A stretch of DNA of 64,000 bases, taken from the NCBI RefSeq assembly GCF_006345805.1, contig NC_042999.1:61814001-61878000 (forward strand), given 5' to 3'. A program made the position numbers and the translations under genes. Every line of letters starts with the position of its first letter. Position 1 is the first letter of the stretch. Shown here piece by piece: positions 24,771 to 40,115 of the stretch. The DNA comes from Octopus sinensis. Lineage: Eukaryota. The notes beneath the pieces were generated by a model. That model searched no databases, had not been told where the DNA came from, and worked only from the letters and a program-made list of their open reading frames with translations.

Positions 24771-25472
24771 TATTTTACTCAGAGTTAGTGGTGAGAGAAA
24801 CCTGGGGGGATGGACACGTCTCGGAGAAGGTTGGTTATATCCACACCCGGAGACCACGGGCGGGTGAGTCTCTCCGTGTCTCCCACTGCGCCCGGCTACG
24901 ATGGCCCGCGGTCGAAGGAGCGGTGCGTTGACTCGGATGATAACATTCAGGTGTGGGCCCACTACCGTGGCCACTCTTCGGATCCGACCCTTCGGCCAAC
25001 TCATGAAACTGCATAGGCACCGTTCTCTGGACATGATGTAGAAACTTATTTATTAATGTAATGTGCTGTATCTTGCTAATACATGAATGGCACGAGCAGT
25101 TGTAGCTTCGTAATGTTCTCGATGAGTTCTCAAACCATCTCCTTACAATAAATCCAACATGGAATAACCGGGAAGCAAAAGAAAAATGTTTCTTTCCTGA
25201 ATTGTTGTTGTTGTTTTTGTTGTTGTTGTTCTTCTTCCTCTTCTTGCTGCTGCTGTTGTTGTTGTTGTTGTTGTTTTTGTTAATAAAGACAATGTTAATG
25301 ATGTTCTTCATCTTGTTATTTTATCATTCTTTTTGACATTGCTGTTGTTTTTCTCGTTACCTTTGTTCGTTCTTGCTCCTGCTGTCGCTTAGCTCCGGAT
25401 CAGTTCTGATCAAGTCGGGCTATGAGAAATAAATTCAATCCTTCAACATTTTTTTCTTTCCAACACCACATC

Positions 25473-25903
25473 GGCATAGAAGTGGCTGTGTGGTAAGTAG
25501 CTTGCTTACCAGCCACATGGTTCCGGGTTCAGACCTACTGCGTGGCACGTTGGGCAAGTGTCTTCTACTATAGCCGCGGGCCGACCAAAGCCTTGTGAGT
25601 GGATTTGGTAGACGGAAACTGAAAGAAGCCCGTCGTATATATGTATGTATATATATATATGTGTGTATGTGTGTGTATATGTTTGTGTGTCTGTATTTGT
25701 CCCCCCAACATCGCTTGACAACCGATGCTGGTGTGCTTACGTCCCCGTAACTTAGCCGGTTCGGCAAAAGAGACCGATAGCATAAGTACTAGGCTTACAA
25801 AGAATAAGTCCTGGGGTCGATGTGCTCGACTAAAGGTGGTGCTCCAGCATGGCCACAGTCAAATGACTGAAACAAGTAAAAGAGTAAAAGAGAGTAAAAG
25901 AGT
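25473..25903 (+). mobile_element. SINE family B, full length
   Basis: Head through the gtaaaagag tail. Confidence 0.88.
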
Positions 25904-26208
25904 ATAGGGCCACGTAACCCAATATGATTCCTTAGCTAAGAGAGTGGATTCGCTGGATTGCTAGAATATATTTGTTCCGGTTCTTTAGCGTTCTGAATTG
26001 TTTGTGATGCTAAGTCATCAGCTGGTTTCAACCACCATCAGGTTCCTTGGTATCTTTAAGAGGTATAGTTTTCACAGAAACTTCTTCTTTCCACACAAGT
26101 TAATGACATTCAACAAGGAACAAGAAATACTCACACTGATATATTGATCAAATACCTAGAACTGTACTATTACTGTACACACAAGCATGCGAAACTACAT
26201 GCTTATTA

Positions 26209-26379
26209 CTTATTGGCAAATGTTCACTACTGACTTATTGGTCAAGGTTCACTACTGATTTATTGGCAAATGTTCACTACTGACTTATTGGCAAATTTTC
26301 ACTACTGACTTATTGGCAAATGTTCACTACTGACTTATTGGCAAATGTTCACTACTGACTTATTGGCAAATGTTCACTA
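26209..26379. repeat. 25-bp minisatellite, ~7 copies (cttattggcaaatgttcactactga)
   Basis: tgttcactac recurs at 26221, 26246, 26271, 26296, 26321, 26346, 26371. Confidence 0.92.
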
Positions 26380-27135
26380 ACACCAACATATCACAATCTC
26401 TACATTGTAGCTGCACAGTCATGTCTCTCCTCGTTGCTTCTTTTACTGCTATTACAGAAGCCCCTGCGTTTTCAGCTAGCGTTCTGTTGCAAGAATTTGA
26501 CTCAGGTTTCCCGTCTGAGAACTCTCTCCTTTTCTTCTACCATTCACAGAGACCTTGGTGTAAAACAACGTGGGTGAGATTTGTGGAAAACATTTGGCTG
26601 TCAGTTCTAGCAGGTAGAGGCTTATCTGTGTGTTCTTACATAGCGGCCAATGAAGTAACAAAATGGCGGAAAAGAAGTTATTATTTGAACTTTTCAAAGT
26701 GAGAGGCTTTAATTTGTAATCACCAACAGCTTTTATCGTTGGTGATTAATGGCAGGTAAAAGGGAGGAGAAATTATCAGAGAGAAAATATATTAATGAGG
26801 GTTCATAAAGACAAAAAAAAAAGGAAATATATTTAGAGGTGAGATTTTAAATCAGGGGAAAATTCAGAAGAGATTACAGATTAAATGCAGATTATGACGA
26901 GAAAAGATTAGTGACGAAAGTGGGAATATTTTGCCGTTTTTGTCAGTTCAAAGGAAGCAAAGATTAGACAAGTTAAACACTAAGAACGATTTATGGCAGA
27001 TGAACATAAAGACAGAAGATATTTATAAAACTGAAAGAAAAAAGATTAAAGTGAAGAGAGCCTGGAGACAGATTAAAGACATTAAAAGAAGGTATTAAAG
27101 ACAAACTAAGAAACGAGTTTGAAGGGCAAAAACAG

Positions 27136-27207
<72 letters not shown>

Positions 27208-27839
27208 TAATAATAATAATAATAATAATATTTTACAGTAACGTAAAGAGAGTTAAAAGCAGAATTAGGCACAAAAGATGAAAATAGATTAGGGAAATAC
27301 TGTAGATTTTAAGTCATACTTCGACATAGTCTGTAAACTTGGTATAGAAAGATTACACAGCTTGGACACAGATTATATGCTTTGCTACCTATGGTCATTA
27401 CTGAACCGTTTATTTATATACACTCTTCAATGATAAATCAAATATTTTGAAACTTTAGGTCTCAATCAGTTGCTATATCAGGCTAACTCTGTCGAAATCA
27501 CTTTACAAAAAGAGATATCACACTAAAAAAAAAAGAATAAGAATTTAAATGATAACAAATAAATAAAAGTGATATCATACACAGTTGACTTATAAAACGA
27601 ATGCAACATTTTTTAAAACGTCATCTTTTTTTTTTTTCCTGATATGGCAAAATTATTTATTGAAATATTCAGACGGTTTTTGTGCTTTTTCTTATAAATT
27701 TTTTTGTATAACTTATTGTTTAGCCAACACATCTTCTTTCCCTCCTTATTTTCAATCTCATTGTAACTTCGGATGGCAATAAACGAACAAAAGGTTTTAT
27801 TGAACATTTCCCAATAAATTCGTTCTCAGGGCATAATTA

Positions 27840-31270
<3,431 letters not shown>

Positions 31271-31444
31271 TATGTTTGTGTATGAGTGATTGTTAAAAAA
31301 TCTTCGCTTCAAAATCATACCATTCCGGGTTCGATCCTATTGCACTGCACCTTGGGAGTGCCACTCACCTAGTGCCTGAAGGAATTAATAAATTCACCAA
31401 TATTTGACACAGTCAAAATTCGGTGAATTTGGAAACTTGACAAA

Positions 31445-31680
31445 TATTTCTTTCGTCGTTGCCCACAAGGGGCTAAACATAGAGGGGACAAACAAGGACA
31501 GACAGAGAGATTAAGTCTAATATATCAACCCCAGTGCGTAATTGGTACTTACTTAATCGACCCTGAAAGGATGAAAGACAAAATCGACCTCGGTGGAATT
31601 TGAACTCAGAACGTAGCGGCAGACGAAATACCGCTCAGCATTTCACCTGACGTGCTAACGATTCTGCCAGCTCGTTACCC
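31445..31680 (-). mobile_element. SINE family A
   Basis: Reverse complement of the family A consensus seen elsewhere in the window. Confidence 0.85.
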
Positions 31681-31999
31681 TGAAACTTGACAATTTTTTA
31701 AATACTTCTAAAACTAGTGAAAATTCTAAGCGAAGAAATACTAAAACATACATCCTACTTCTATGCACAATCTCAAAACTTCTTGAAAGGCTCTGCATTT
31801 AAATTGACGTAATGATTACATTGTTCAATTAAATGGAGTTGCTTGAAACGATGGTACTGCATTACCTCTGGATATCCTTGTTGCTTATTTTGATATATAT
31901 CAATATATACATATGTGTGTGTGTGTGTTTGTGTGTGTGTATCGATTTTTTATTTGGTGTGCAAGATTCTTTATATGAGTTCGTGTGTTGAAGCATATT

Positions 32000-32222
32000 C
32001 TGTTGTGTCTGGGAAGAGTCATTTTCTTTTTTGTGCCTTATAATGTAACACACTCACTGGTAAAAATTCCACTTATTTCTTATTTAGTCAAGATTATTGA
32101 AAAGGTTGCAAGACGCAACGAATATTTTAGGAAAATAAAAATAAGAAATAAGTGGAAATTTTACCGCTAAGTGTATTACATTATAAGACACAAAAAGAAA
32201 ATGACTCTACCCAGACACAACA

Positions 32223-32223
<1 letters not shown>
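32000..32223. mobile_element. Small MITE with ~58-bp TIRs
   Basis: ctgttgtgtctgggaagagtcattttctttt..tgtgccttataatgtaacacac versus gtgtattacattataagacacaaaaagaaaatgactctacccagacacaacag|TA. Confidence 0.75.
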
Positions 32224-32255
<32 letters not shown>

Positions 32256-32259
<4 letters not shown>

Positions 32260-32565
32260 CGTGATCACCGTGACCGACCAGGCTATCAGATCTCGCTACA
32301 CATCGCCGGTCACAATGCACTTCGCATTGTTTTAGCCTTCAAATGACGCCACCCCGCCGGCTAAGCGAGCAGGCCAACAGAAGAAAGAGTGAGAGAATGT
32401 TGTGGCTAAAGAGTACAGCAGGGATCGCCACCACCGCCTGCCGGAGCATCGTGGAGCTTTTAGGTGTTTTCGCTCAATAAACACTCACAATGCCCGGTCT
32501 GGGAATCGAAACCGCGATCCTACAACCGTGAGTCCGGTGCCCTAACCACTGGGCCATTGCGCCTC
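32256..32565 (-). mobile_element. SINE family C, tail abutting (TA)n
   Basis: Same head as 6959 and 51556, different 3' tail. Confidence 0.85.
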
Positions 32566-32791
32566 ACACGCACACACACACACACAACACATATATTATA
32601 TATTATATATATATTATATATATATATTAATTAATATATATATATATAATATAAAATTTATAAATTGTTATAAATTTAACCTTTAAAGGTATTTTTTAAT
32701 ATGCTGGCTATTGATAGATATTTTTTCGAAAAATGTTATCCTACATTAGATATATATATATATATAAATGTATGTATATATATATATATAT

Positions 32792-32930
32792 ATGACAGAG
32801 TATACTGAAAAGTTCCTGACTGTGAGTGAGAGAACATATTCCCCTCACAGATTCACACACCTATTGCAGCGGTCCTTCAATTTTTACTAAGCCCTGTAAA
32901 AGAACTCGGAATGTTGGGCCTCCAACCAGG
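32792..32930 (-). mobile_element. mariner 3' terminal remnant
   Basis: TIR-like ctgaaaagttcctg; the reverse strand reads approximately EFFYRGLEKLKDRCNRCVNLRGEYV with indels. Confidence 0.55.
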
Positions 32931-33014
32931 CCTTTCGCGACACCCTTAATACAGAGTAACAAAGGTCGGCCTTCTGAAATACAAGTCCTAATCAGTTTTG
33001 CCAGCTTAGGGACT

Positions 33015-33122
33015 GGAGCAACGTGAAATAAAGTATCTTGCTCAAGGACAAAACGCGCCACGGGGAATTGAACTCCCGACCTTGTGATCCTGAATCTAAC
33101 ATCCTAACCACTAAGCCACTCA
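33015..33122 (-). mobile_element. Old tRNA/CORE-like SINE head (family D)
   Basis: tcttgctcaaggaca..aacgc...gaattgaactc...ctaaccactaagccac. Confidence 0.55.
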
Positions 33123-34275
33123 CCTTCCATTTTGATAGCATACCACACATACCATTTTAAATAACATCAACGTCAGCAAAGATTTAGTTGTGTCTTTTAT
33201 TGTCTTTCATCTTTTAATATCAGCCAACCACTTTTGCTTTAGGTCGAATTAGAAATAAATTCCTTATTCTATTTATTCTGTGTATAAGACCTAGCTTTCT
33301 GGTTAAGAAACTCGCTTTGTCACCACGTGGTTTCGGATTTAGTTTCACTGCGTGGTACCTTGGGCAAGTGTCTTTTATCTTCTATAGCCTCGGACCAATT
33401 CCTTGTGAGTGGGTTTGGATATGCTGTTTAATATCTTCCAACCACTTAAAGTATTTCAAATTTTCACTCGATTATTTTCAAAAAATTTAGTTTTGGTTTA
33501 GTTAACGGAAGCTTTCGATTGGCTAAAATAACAGAATTTTAAATGCTTGTAACTCCTTTGCTACCATTTTCGAGGAAAAAATGAATGCAACTTACGCCAG
33601 CAGCGTGCAAAAACGACATCAAAATAACAATTTTTTGCAAATGACCTGTTAACAATTTGAAATTCTTCAAGTGACTGGAAAGAAAGAAATTTAACAGAAT
33701 CCGAATGTGGTAGAAGGAAATTGTGTGCAAGCCGAGCGTGTGTGTATGTGTGTGTGCGTGCGTGTGTGTGCGTGTGTGTACGCGTGTATGTATGTGTGCA
33801 TCTGTGTGTGCCTTTGTGTCTGTGTTTGTTCCTCTGGTACCCATGCTTTCAAAGAATACTCAGCACCTCCTTAAAAAGCACGCAAAGTGATGCCTAGCAA
33901 ACGACTTGTTATGCTCCCAAGGTCCATGTTGTTCACAATAACAACACTTCTAAAATAAGTAATTTTCCCGAACGGAATATTACAAGAATACCTCCGTATA
34001 CAGTCTTCTTAACTATACTTGTACGGTTTCTTTACATCTCAGCAAAGCATTTTAATAAACTCTCGTAAGTATGGAATCTCACTTACATCATCACAGCTTA
34101 CTCGAGATAGTGTTGTCCTTATTGTAATGATACGAAACTAAAAGCACTTAGCTTCACATTATTAAATACGTTGTCGCGGATAAAAGGTGGTTAGCTCGGT
34201 GTCTGGGATAGACGGCAGTTGAATAGACAACAACCATTCTGTATCGCGTTTTTGTAGTGCTTGCATGGCACAATA

Positions 34276-34287
34276 TGGTGGAAGCGG
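34276..34287 (+). promoter_or_regulatory. Putative primer-binding site tggtggaagcgg
   Basis: TGG motif 3 nt after the inferred LTR end and present only after the 5' LTR copy; tRNA identity not established. Confidence 0.4.
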
Positions 34288-34531
34288 TAAAACAAGATAA
34301 ATATATTGAATCGAAACTAATCGCATTACCAGCACAATATTATCATTAGACATTGTTCAACGCTTCCAATGTACTAGTATCGTCAGTGAACGCAACATGA
34401 CACAAAACAAAAGAACAAGAAGGAAACAGATATACAGTGACAAATTACAAGAATGCACATACACACGGAGTTCACATATTTAGCTGGAGGCATTGCTACA
34501 AATGTATATACACAAGACTATTGTTATCATA

Positions 34532-35541
34532 TCATATCTATAAAAGGGAGGATGTGTGTGCGTGTGTGTGTGTACGTGATTGTAATTTATGCACATCCAC
34601 AAATTAGCACCCATGTCGCTCCAATTTTAGGAGGACATTTGTCAACTTATTTTTCCCCGAGGCACCCGTGGGTAGCGTAAATATCTATTTTCAGACATAG
34701 CTTTTAGCCACGAAAAATATCAGCCTTGGCTTTTTTGATGGCATCTAACAGAAAAAAATAATAAGATAAGAAAAGTGGAAGAAGGAGGCAGAGTGTTTCA
34801 CGGGAAAGACAAAGTGAGAGAGGGAGAGAGACAAAGTAAATGACAACGTTCATAAACAGCCTTAACTTTTTTGCCAGCGTCTAACAAAAAAAAAATAAGA
34901 TAAAAAAAAGTGGAAGAAGGAGGCAGAGAGTTTCACGGGAAAGACAAAGTGAGACAGGACGAAAGAGAGTAAGTTATGACGTTCATAAAAAATAAAATGT
35001 AAAATTTTTGTTTTCTGTTTTTGAAAGTCACTATATTTTATAATCATAGTATATATACTTTAGTGAAAATCGTGTGAGTGTTAATCTACAAATTTAACGT
35101 TTTTTTCATTCACTTCTGTTTATGAACATGTATGCGTGCACAAAACATGCAATAGGTGTACGTACGTGTGTGTATGTGTGTTCGTGTCTGTTGCCCATAT
35201 ATATATTTATATTATATTATATATATATAATATATATAATATATATACCCTGTGATAGCCTGGGCTTCAGAGGCCCACAGCTCTTCAATATCCTCCCGAA
35301 GAACCTGAGAGACCTGTATGGGGTGGATGCATATGTCTTTAAAATAAAACTGGATCTCTTCCTGTCAGGTGTCCCAGATGAACCAACTTCACGACAGGAG
35401 GTGCAGGTGAGGACAGCTGCATCGAACTCTCTCATGCACCAAATGGCAATTGCTAAAAAGCATTCGTAAAGTAAAATCATGTAGCAACACCAAATGGCGG
35501 TGCCCCAGCATGGCCACAGCTCGTGAGCTGAAACTAGATAA

Positions 35542-35609
<68 letters not shown>

Positions 35610-35736
35610 CATAACTAATTTCAACGGATTTCGCCCAAATTTGACGTCTATATTACTTAGTTTGGTTTGAAATAAAGAACTTGATTAGCTTAATAATCGT
35701 AACTTTATCCCGGGCAAGGCCGGGTTATACTGCTAG
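34532..35736 (+). mobile_element. Non-autonomous Helitron nested in the gypsy 5' UTR
   Basis: A|TCatatctataaaagggagg start; 3' hairpin cccgggcaaggccggg then CTAG|T. Termini resemble the element at 60731-61129. Internal ~125-bp direct duplication at 34766-34985. Confidence 0.7.
35248..35545 (+). mobile_element. 3' end of a CR1/L2-like LINE nested in the Helitron
   Basis: CDSLGFRGPQLFNILPKNLRDL...FKIKLDLFLSGVPDEP...NSLMHQ is typical of the CR1-group ORF2 C-terminus; flanked by (TA)n. Confidence 0.75.
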
Positions 35737-35816
35737 TCGGCTATATAATGCGTATTGTACCACAGAAAATAATCAAATCATACAGTGTTGTATTGCACAA
35801 GAAAAACAACAATAAT

Positions 35817-36569
35817 ATGGCGACATTTCGCATTCCCAAAATGCAGTGGCATACAGACAATGCAGCCGAAGCCCCACAAATATTCAAACAAAACATCATG
35901 CACTATTGTGAAGATGAGGAAATTACAGAACCAATGAAAATAGCCTTAAAAATATTAAGAGGCACTGGAAATGAAGGACTCAAACGTCTAAATGCATCTA
36001 GTTTATTAGATGCTGACAAGAAAATTCCAAATAAACTGTGGGAATTGTTCGGAGCACGAGTCAAGACAAACATCAATTTCAGAGTACATCGCCTTAAACT
36101 GATAGAATGGAGACAGTAGAATAATGAGACAGTTGACGATTTTGTTACAAGAGCACGAACGATAGCCAAAAATATGAGTTAGAAGAAAAACAGCTTGAAC
36201 AGCGGAGCATTGAATTATTGATTGCTTCAACTTCCATTGAAGCCTTCTAAAAGGAGCTGCTTGGGAAGGGGGAAAGACTACAAATTTGAAGATTCCCTAA
36301 CAGAGGGTAAAAAATTTGAAGCTATTCTTGCTGAAAGAAGTCAGATACAACAACTTGCAAGCGCAGAACCAAGCAATGTAGATGCTGTCAAGCATTCATG
36401 TGGAAATTGTGTACGAATGCACCCACCAAGAAAGTGCCCTGCATACAATGATTCCTTCAACTTCTGCAACAAAAGGGACACTGGGAAAATTCTGTTGTCA
36501 ATGGAACAAACAAGACAAAACAAAACAGAAAAATGGCGATTGGAAAAGAACACACAAAAAGTTCCATGA
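35817..36569 (+). pseudogene. Gypsy gag remnant
   Basis: MATFRIPKM..., FRVHRLKLIEWRQ*NNETVDDFVTRAR, CGNCVRMHPPRKCPAY (knuckle); stops and frameshifts. Confidence 0.75.
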
Positions 36570-36573
36570 TACA

Positions 36574-37056
36574 GGCGTAGAAGTGGCTGTGTGGTAAGTA
36601 GCTTGCTTACCAACTACATGGTTCTGGGTTCAGTCCCTCTACATGTCTTCTACTATAGCCTCGAGCCGACCAAAGCATTGTGAGTGGATTTGGTAGACGG
36701 AAACTGAAAGAAGCCCGTCGTATGTATGTATGTATATATATATATATATATTGTGTGTGTGTGTTTGTTTGTGTGTCTGTGTTTGTCCCCACTCCCAACA
36801 TCGCTTGACAACCGATGCTGGTGTATTCACGTACCCGTAATTTAGCGGTTCGGCAAAAGTGACCTATAGAATAAGTACTAGGCTTACAAAGAATTAGTCC
36901 TGGGGTCGACCCCAGTGCGTAACTGGTACTTATTTAATCGACCCCGAAAGGATGAAAGGCAAAGTCGACCTCGGCGGAATTTGAACTCAGAACGTAACGG
37001 CAGACGAAATACCGCTAAGCATTTCGCCCGGTGTGCTAACGTTTCTTCCAGCTCGC
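36574..37056. mobile_element. SINE B (+, 36574-36908) fused to SINE A (-, 36904-37056)
   Basis: Junction ctggggtcgaccccag; both copies are truncated at their shared domain. Confidence 0.85.
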
Positions 37057-37192
37057 AGCGTAAAGCATTCGTCTAATGGCATGCAAATCAAATGCTTGGG
37101 ATCAATACATTTTCAGCTTTGCTCAAGCGGCAGCGAATTCCATGATGCCAAATTCTGTGTGGTAGATGTGGACGGACCACCAATCATCGGAA
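37057..37192 (+). pseudogene. C-terminal half of gypsy aspartic protease
   Basis: NGMQIKCLGSIHF...KFCVVDVDGPPIIG matches the retropepsin flap and ILG motif; the catalytic DTG half is missing. Confidence 0.6.
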
Positions 37193-37796
37193 ACCACTCT
37201 GCATCGCGTTATTGTAGTGCTTGCATGGCACAATAGTACTCACCCGTTGCTTCGTCGATTGATGATTCAGCAAAGCACATCTACTAGGTCTCTGTAAAAA
37301 CACCATCACGCTATTGTCGCCTGTGTGTTGGGTCAAAGCTAAAGACTTCCATTAAAAGCATTTACATGTCCCCGTCTTCTCTTTTCCTATCGCCATTGGA
37401 CTTGTGAAGAAAGTGTGATGGTGTTGGCGCTGGTGTCTTGGTTTACTGAACAACCTGCATGATGAATATTATAATAATGGACATGGTTTATGCAGAGCCA
37501 GTCCCAATCTCTCGTTCTTCAAAGTTACATTGGTCTGGTATAACAAGCGCCACGAGCCCATTAGTTAAGATGCAGGAACTATATGAAATTACTTTCCCTT
37601 AGATGAACACCAAAAGAGCTAACGAGTCACACCTATCCTGGGTTCGTTGGGATGTCTGTGAGTGTCCATTTCATCTTTTGAAATGGCTTTCTTGTCAGTT
37701 TCGCCTTCTCTTCAAAGCAAAAAATTCTTGCTGGGCTTTTACTTTTTACGAGAAACATGGATCATAATTATTCAAATGCCTTTATGTTCTCTGCTT

Positions 37797-38310
37797 GCCG
37801 ACTGCTGGCAGAAACGTTAGCATGCCGGGGGAAATGCGTGACCGTATTTCGTCTGCCGTTACGTTCTGAGTTCAAATTCCGCCGAGGTCGACTTTACCTT
37901 TCATCCTTTCGGGGTCGATAAATTTAGTACCAGTTACGCACTAGGGTCTATGTAATCGACTTAATCCGTTTGTCTGTCCTTGTTTGTCGCCTCTGTGTTT
38001 AGCCCCTTGTGGGTAGTAAAGAAATATATTTAATATCAATTTTAATGATTAGAAGTCGGTTATGTAGACGTAAACATATTATTCATATAAATGCCCCAAA
38101 ATTTGGTACAAGGCCAGAGATTTTGGGAAGGGGATACACGATTTCATAGACCACACCACCACCACTGTGTTCAACAGGTACTTATTTAATCGACCCGAAA
38201 GGATGAAAGGCAAATTCAATCTCGGTGATTTTAAACTTAGAACGTAAAGGACCGGAAGAAATTCTGTTAAGCATTTTGTCCGACGCGATATCCTGCCAGC
38301 TTGCTGCCTT
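37797..38310. mobile_element. SINE family A copies (+ 37797-38025; - 38091-38310)
   Basis: Match to the family consensus. Confidence 0.8.
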
Positions 38311-39182
38311 ATTTGCATATATAATTAATATCATTAAATTATCAAGTTTCCGTTTATATGTTCACCTGCTGTTGTCTTTCTTGCTTTAATTAAATATTGT
38401 TGCTGTTTACTTCTGTCTATTATTCAAACTCTCACCAACCATGTTACTGTCAGCCTTTCTCACTCACAACCACACCTGATTCTGAAAATGTTTCATCATT
38501 CTTGAAAAAGTTCTAAGTTCTAAATGAACGAAGACAGCGTTTGACTCGGGAAAGGAAGACTAGACAAAGAATACCCGAAAGAGAATCTCAGAAAATAGCA
38601 AAACGTTATTTGGCCCTTTTCAAATATATAATAGATAATTTCAGTTCATACATAACAAAAACAAAATGTCAGTCACAGAGAAACTACTCTACTTTGAACT
38701 GTAAAAAGTCAGCAATTAACACGAGATGATATGAACGTGAGTTGAAAGAAAAGAAGAGTTGCAAAACGATCGCAAGGAACACAAAAAGAGACAAAAGCAA
38801 GAAAGTAGAAAATAGAACTAACCAAAATATAAACACAAAAACAAGGGAATGGCTTAAAAAAGAAAGATAATAAATAATTCAAGTCAGCAAAATGAAAATG
38901 CCGACGAAGATCAAAAAGATTATTTTATTTAGATAGATAAGGGACTTCTGTTGCCAAATAGAAAACAATTAAAGGAAATTATGTCAACAGAAAACTTAGG
39001 AATGGTAATATTGTCCTAAATTGAAAATATTCAAGATAAAACAATCAATTATGAAAATTTACTGCGACATTTACGTGAGGCGATTAATATTCTTCACCAG
39101 CTTTTACTGTCAGCCATATTTTAACAGGCCGTCTCGTAAATAGCAATTTTAACATTGGAAACTCATACCTGAAACTCTAGAT

Positions 39183-39860
39183 CAGGGGTGAGAAACTCAA
39201 ACGTACTTCAGGTTGCACACTTTATTTCGTTGGCCGAACAGGATAAGCATTTATTGAACAGACTAAAACTTTTTGAACATGAACATGTATCGAAACAGAT
39301 GGTATATAATTTCATTCCAAAAATAAATTAACTTTAACTTAAATTATATAAAATATTTTGCTCTGCATAAAAATATCTCCTGTCAAAATTATTAAAAATT
39401 TAAAGTAAGAACATGTTGCAAAGAAAAAAAAGAAAATATAAATTTAAAAAATGTAGTTTTAGTGGAAATTAAAATGATAAATCAAAACTTTCAATTTTCT
39501 TTATGCAATTTTTTCCAAGCTACATACTTGACACCTTTTCTTGGCAACGAGTTCATCGATGTTCGGGGCAAGGTTCTATGTGATTGAGACTCTCAGGATG
39601 GATTGCTGATGTTCATCTGTGAGACGACTCCTATGTGACGTTTTATTCATCTCCATCACAGAGAACAGCTTCTCGCACAGATATGTGCTTCCAAACAAAG
39701 ACAGTGTTCAAGCTGAATGTAAGCGGAGCTGGGGCATTGCTTTAGGTATAAAGCGAATGAACTTTGCGGGGTCCAGAATCGCACTTTGCTTTTAATATGC
39801 CATCACACTACAAAGCTATCAGCTCCATTTGAATCTGTACAGTTGCAGTTTCCACATTCT
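39183..39860 (-). mobile_element. hAT (Charlie/SPIN, GTF2IRD2-like) transposon 3' remnant
   Basis: ctctagat (NTCTAGAN target) at 39175-39182 then cagggg. The reverse strand encodes LFGSTYLCEKLFSVMEMNKTSHRSRLTDEH...NIDELVAKKRCQ with stops. Confidence 0.8.
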
Positions 39861-40115
39861 TTTCTACTCTAGGCACAAGGCCCGAAATTTTGGGGGAGGG
39901 GCCAGTCGATTACATCGACCCCAGTATGCAACTGGTACTTAGTTTATTGATCCTGAAAGAATGAGAGGCAAAGTCGACCTCGGCGGAATTTGAACTCAGA
40001 ACATAAAGACAGACGAAATACCGCTAAACATTTCGCCCGGCGTGCTAACGTTTTTTACTTCTTTATTGCCCACAAGTGGATAAACATAGAGGGGACAAAC
40101 AAGGACAGACAAAGG
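39861..40115 (-). mobile_element. SINE family A
   Basis: Reverse match; truncates the hAT remnant. Confidence 0.85.

Larger units (their letters stand above)
34111..37232 (+). mobile_element. Ty3/gypsy LTR retrotransposon remnant (pol deleted) with nested insertions
   Basis: Putative 5' LTR 34111-34272 (TGT..ACA). Its last 44 bp recur at 37192-37235 with 3 mismatches. ATAG lies on both outer sides (34107-34110, 37233-37236). PBS-like TGGTGG at 34276. Gag and protease remnants inside. Confidence 0.65.

Noticed and set aside
26209-26379. CRISPR-like array
   Set aside because: The 25-bp units are contiguous with no unique spacers, no cas genes, and the context is eukaryotic.
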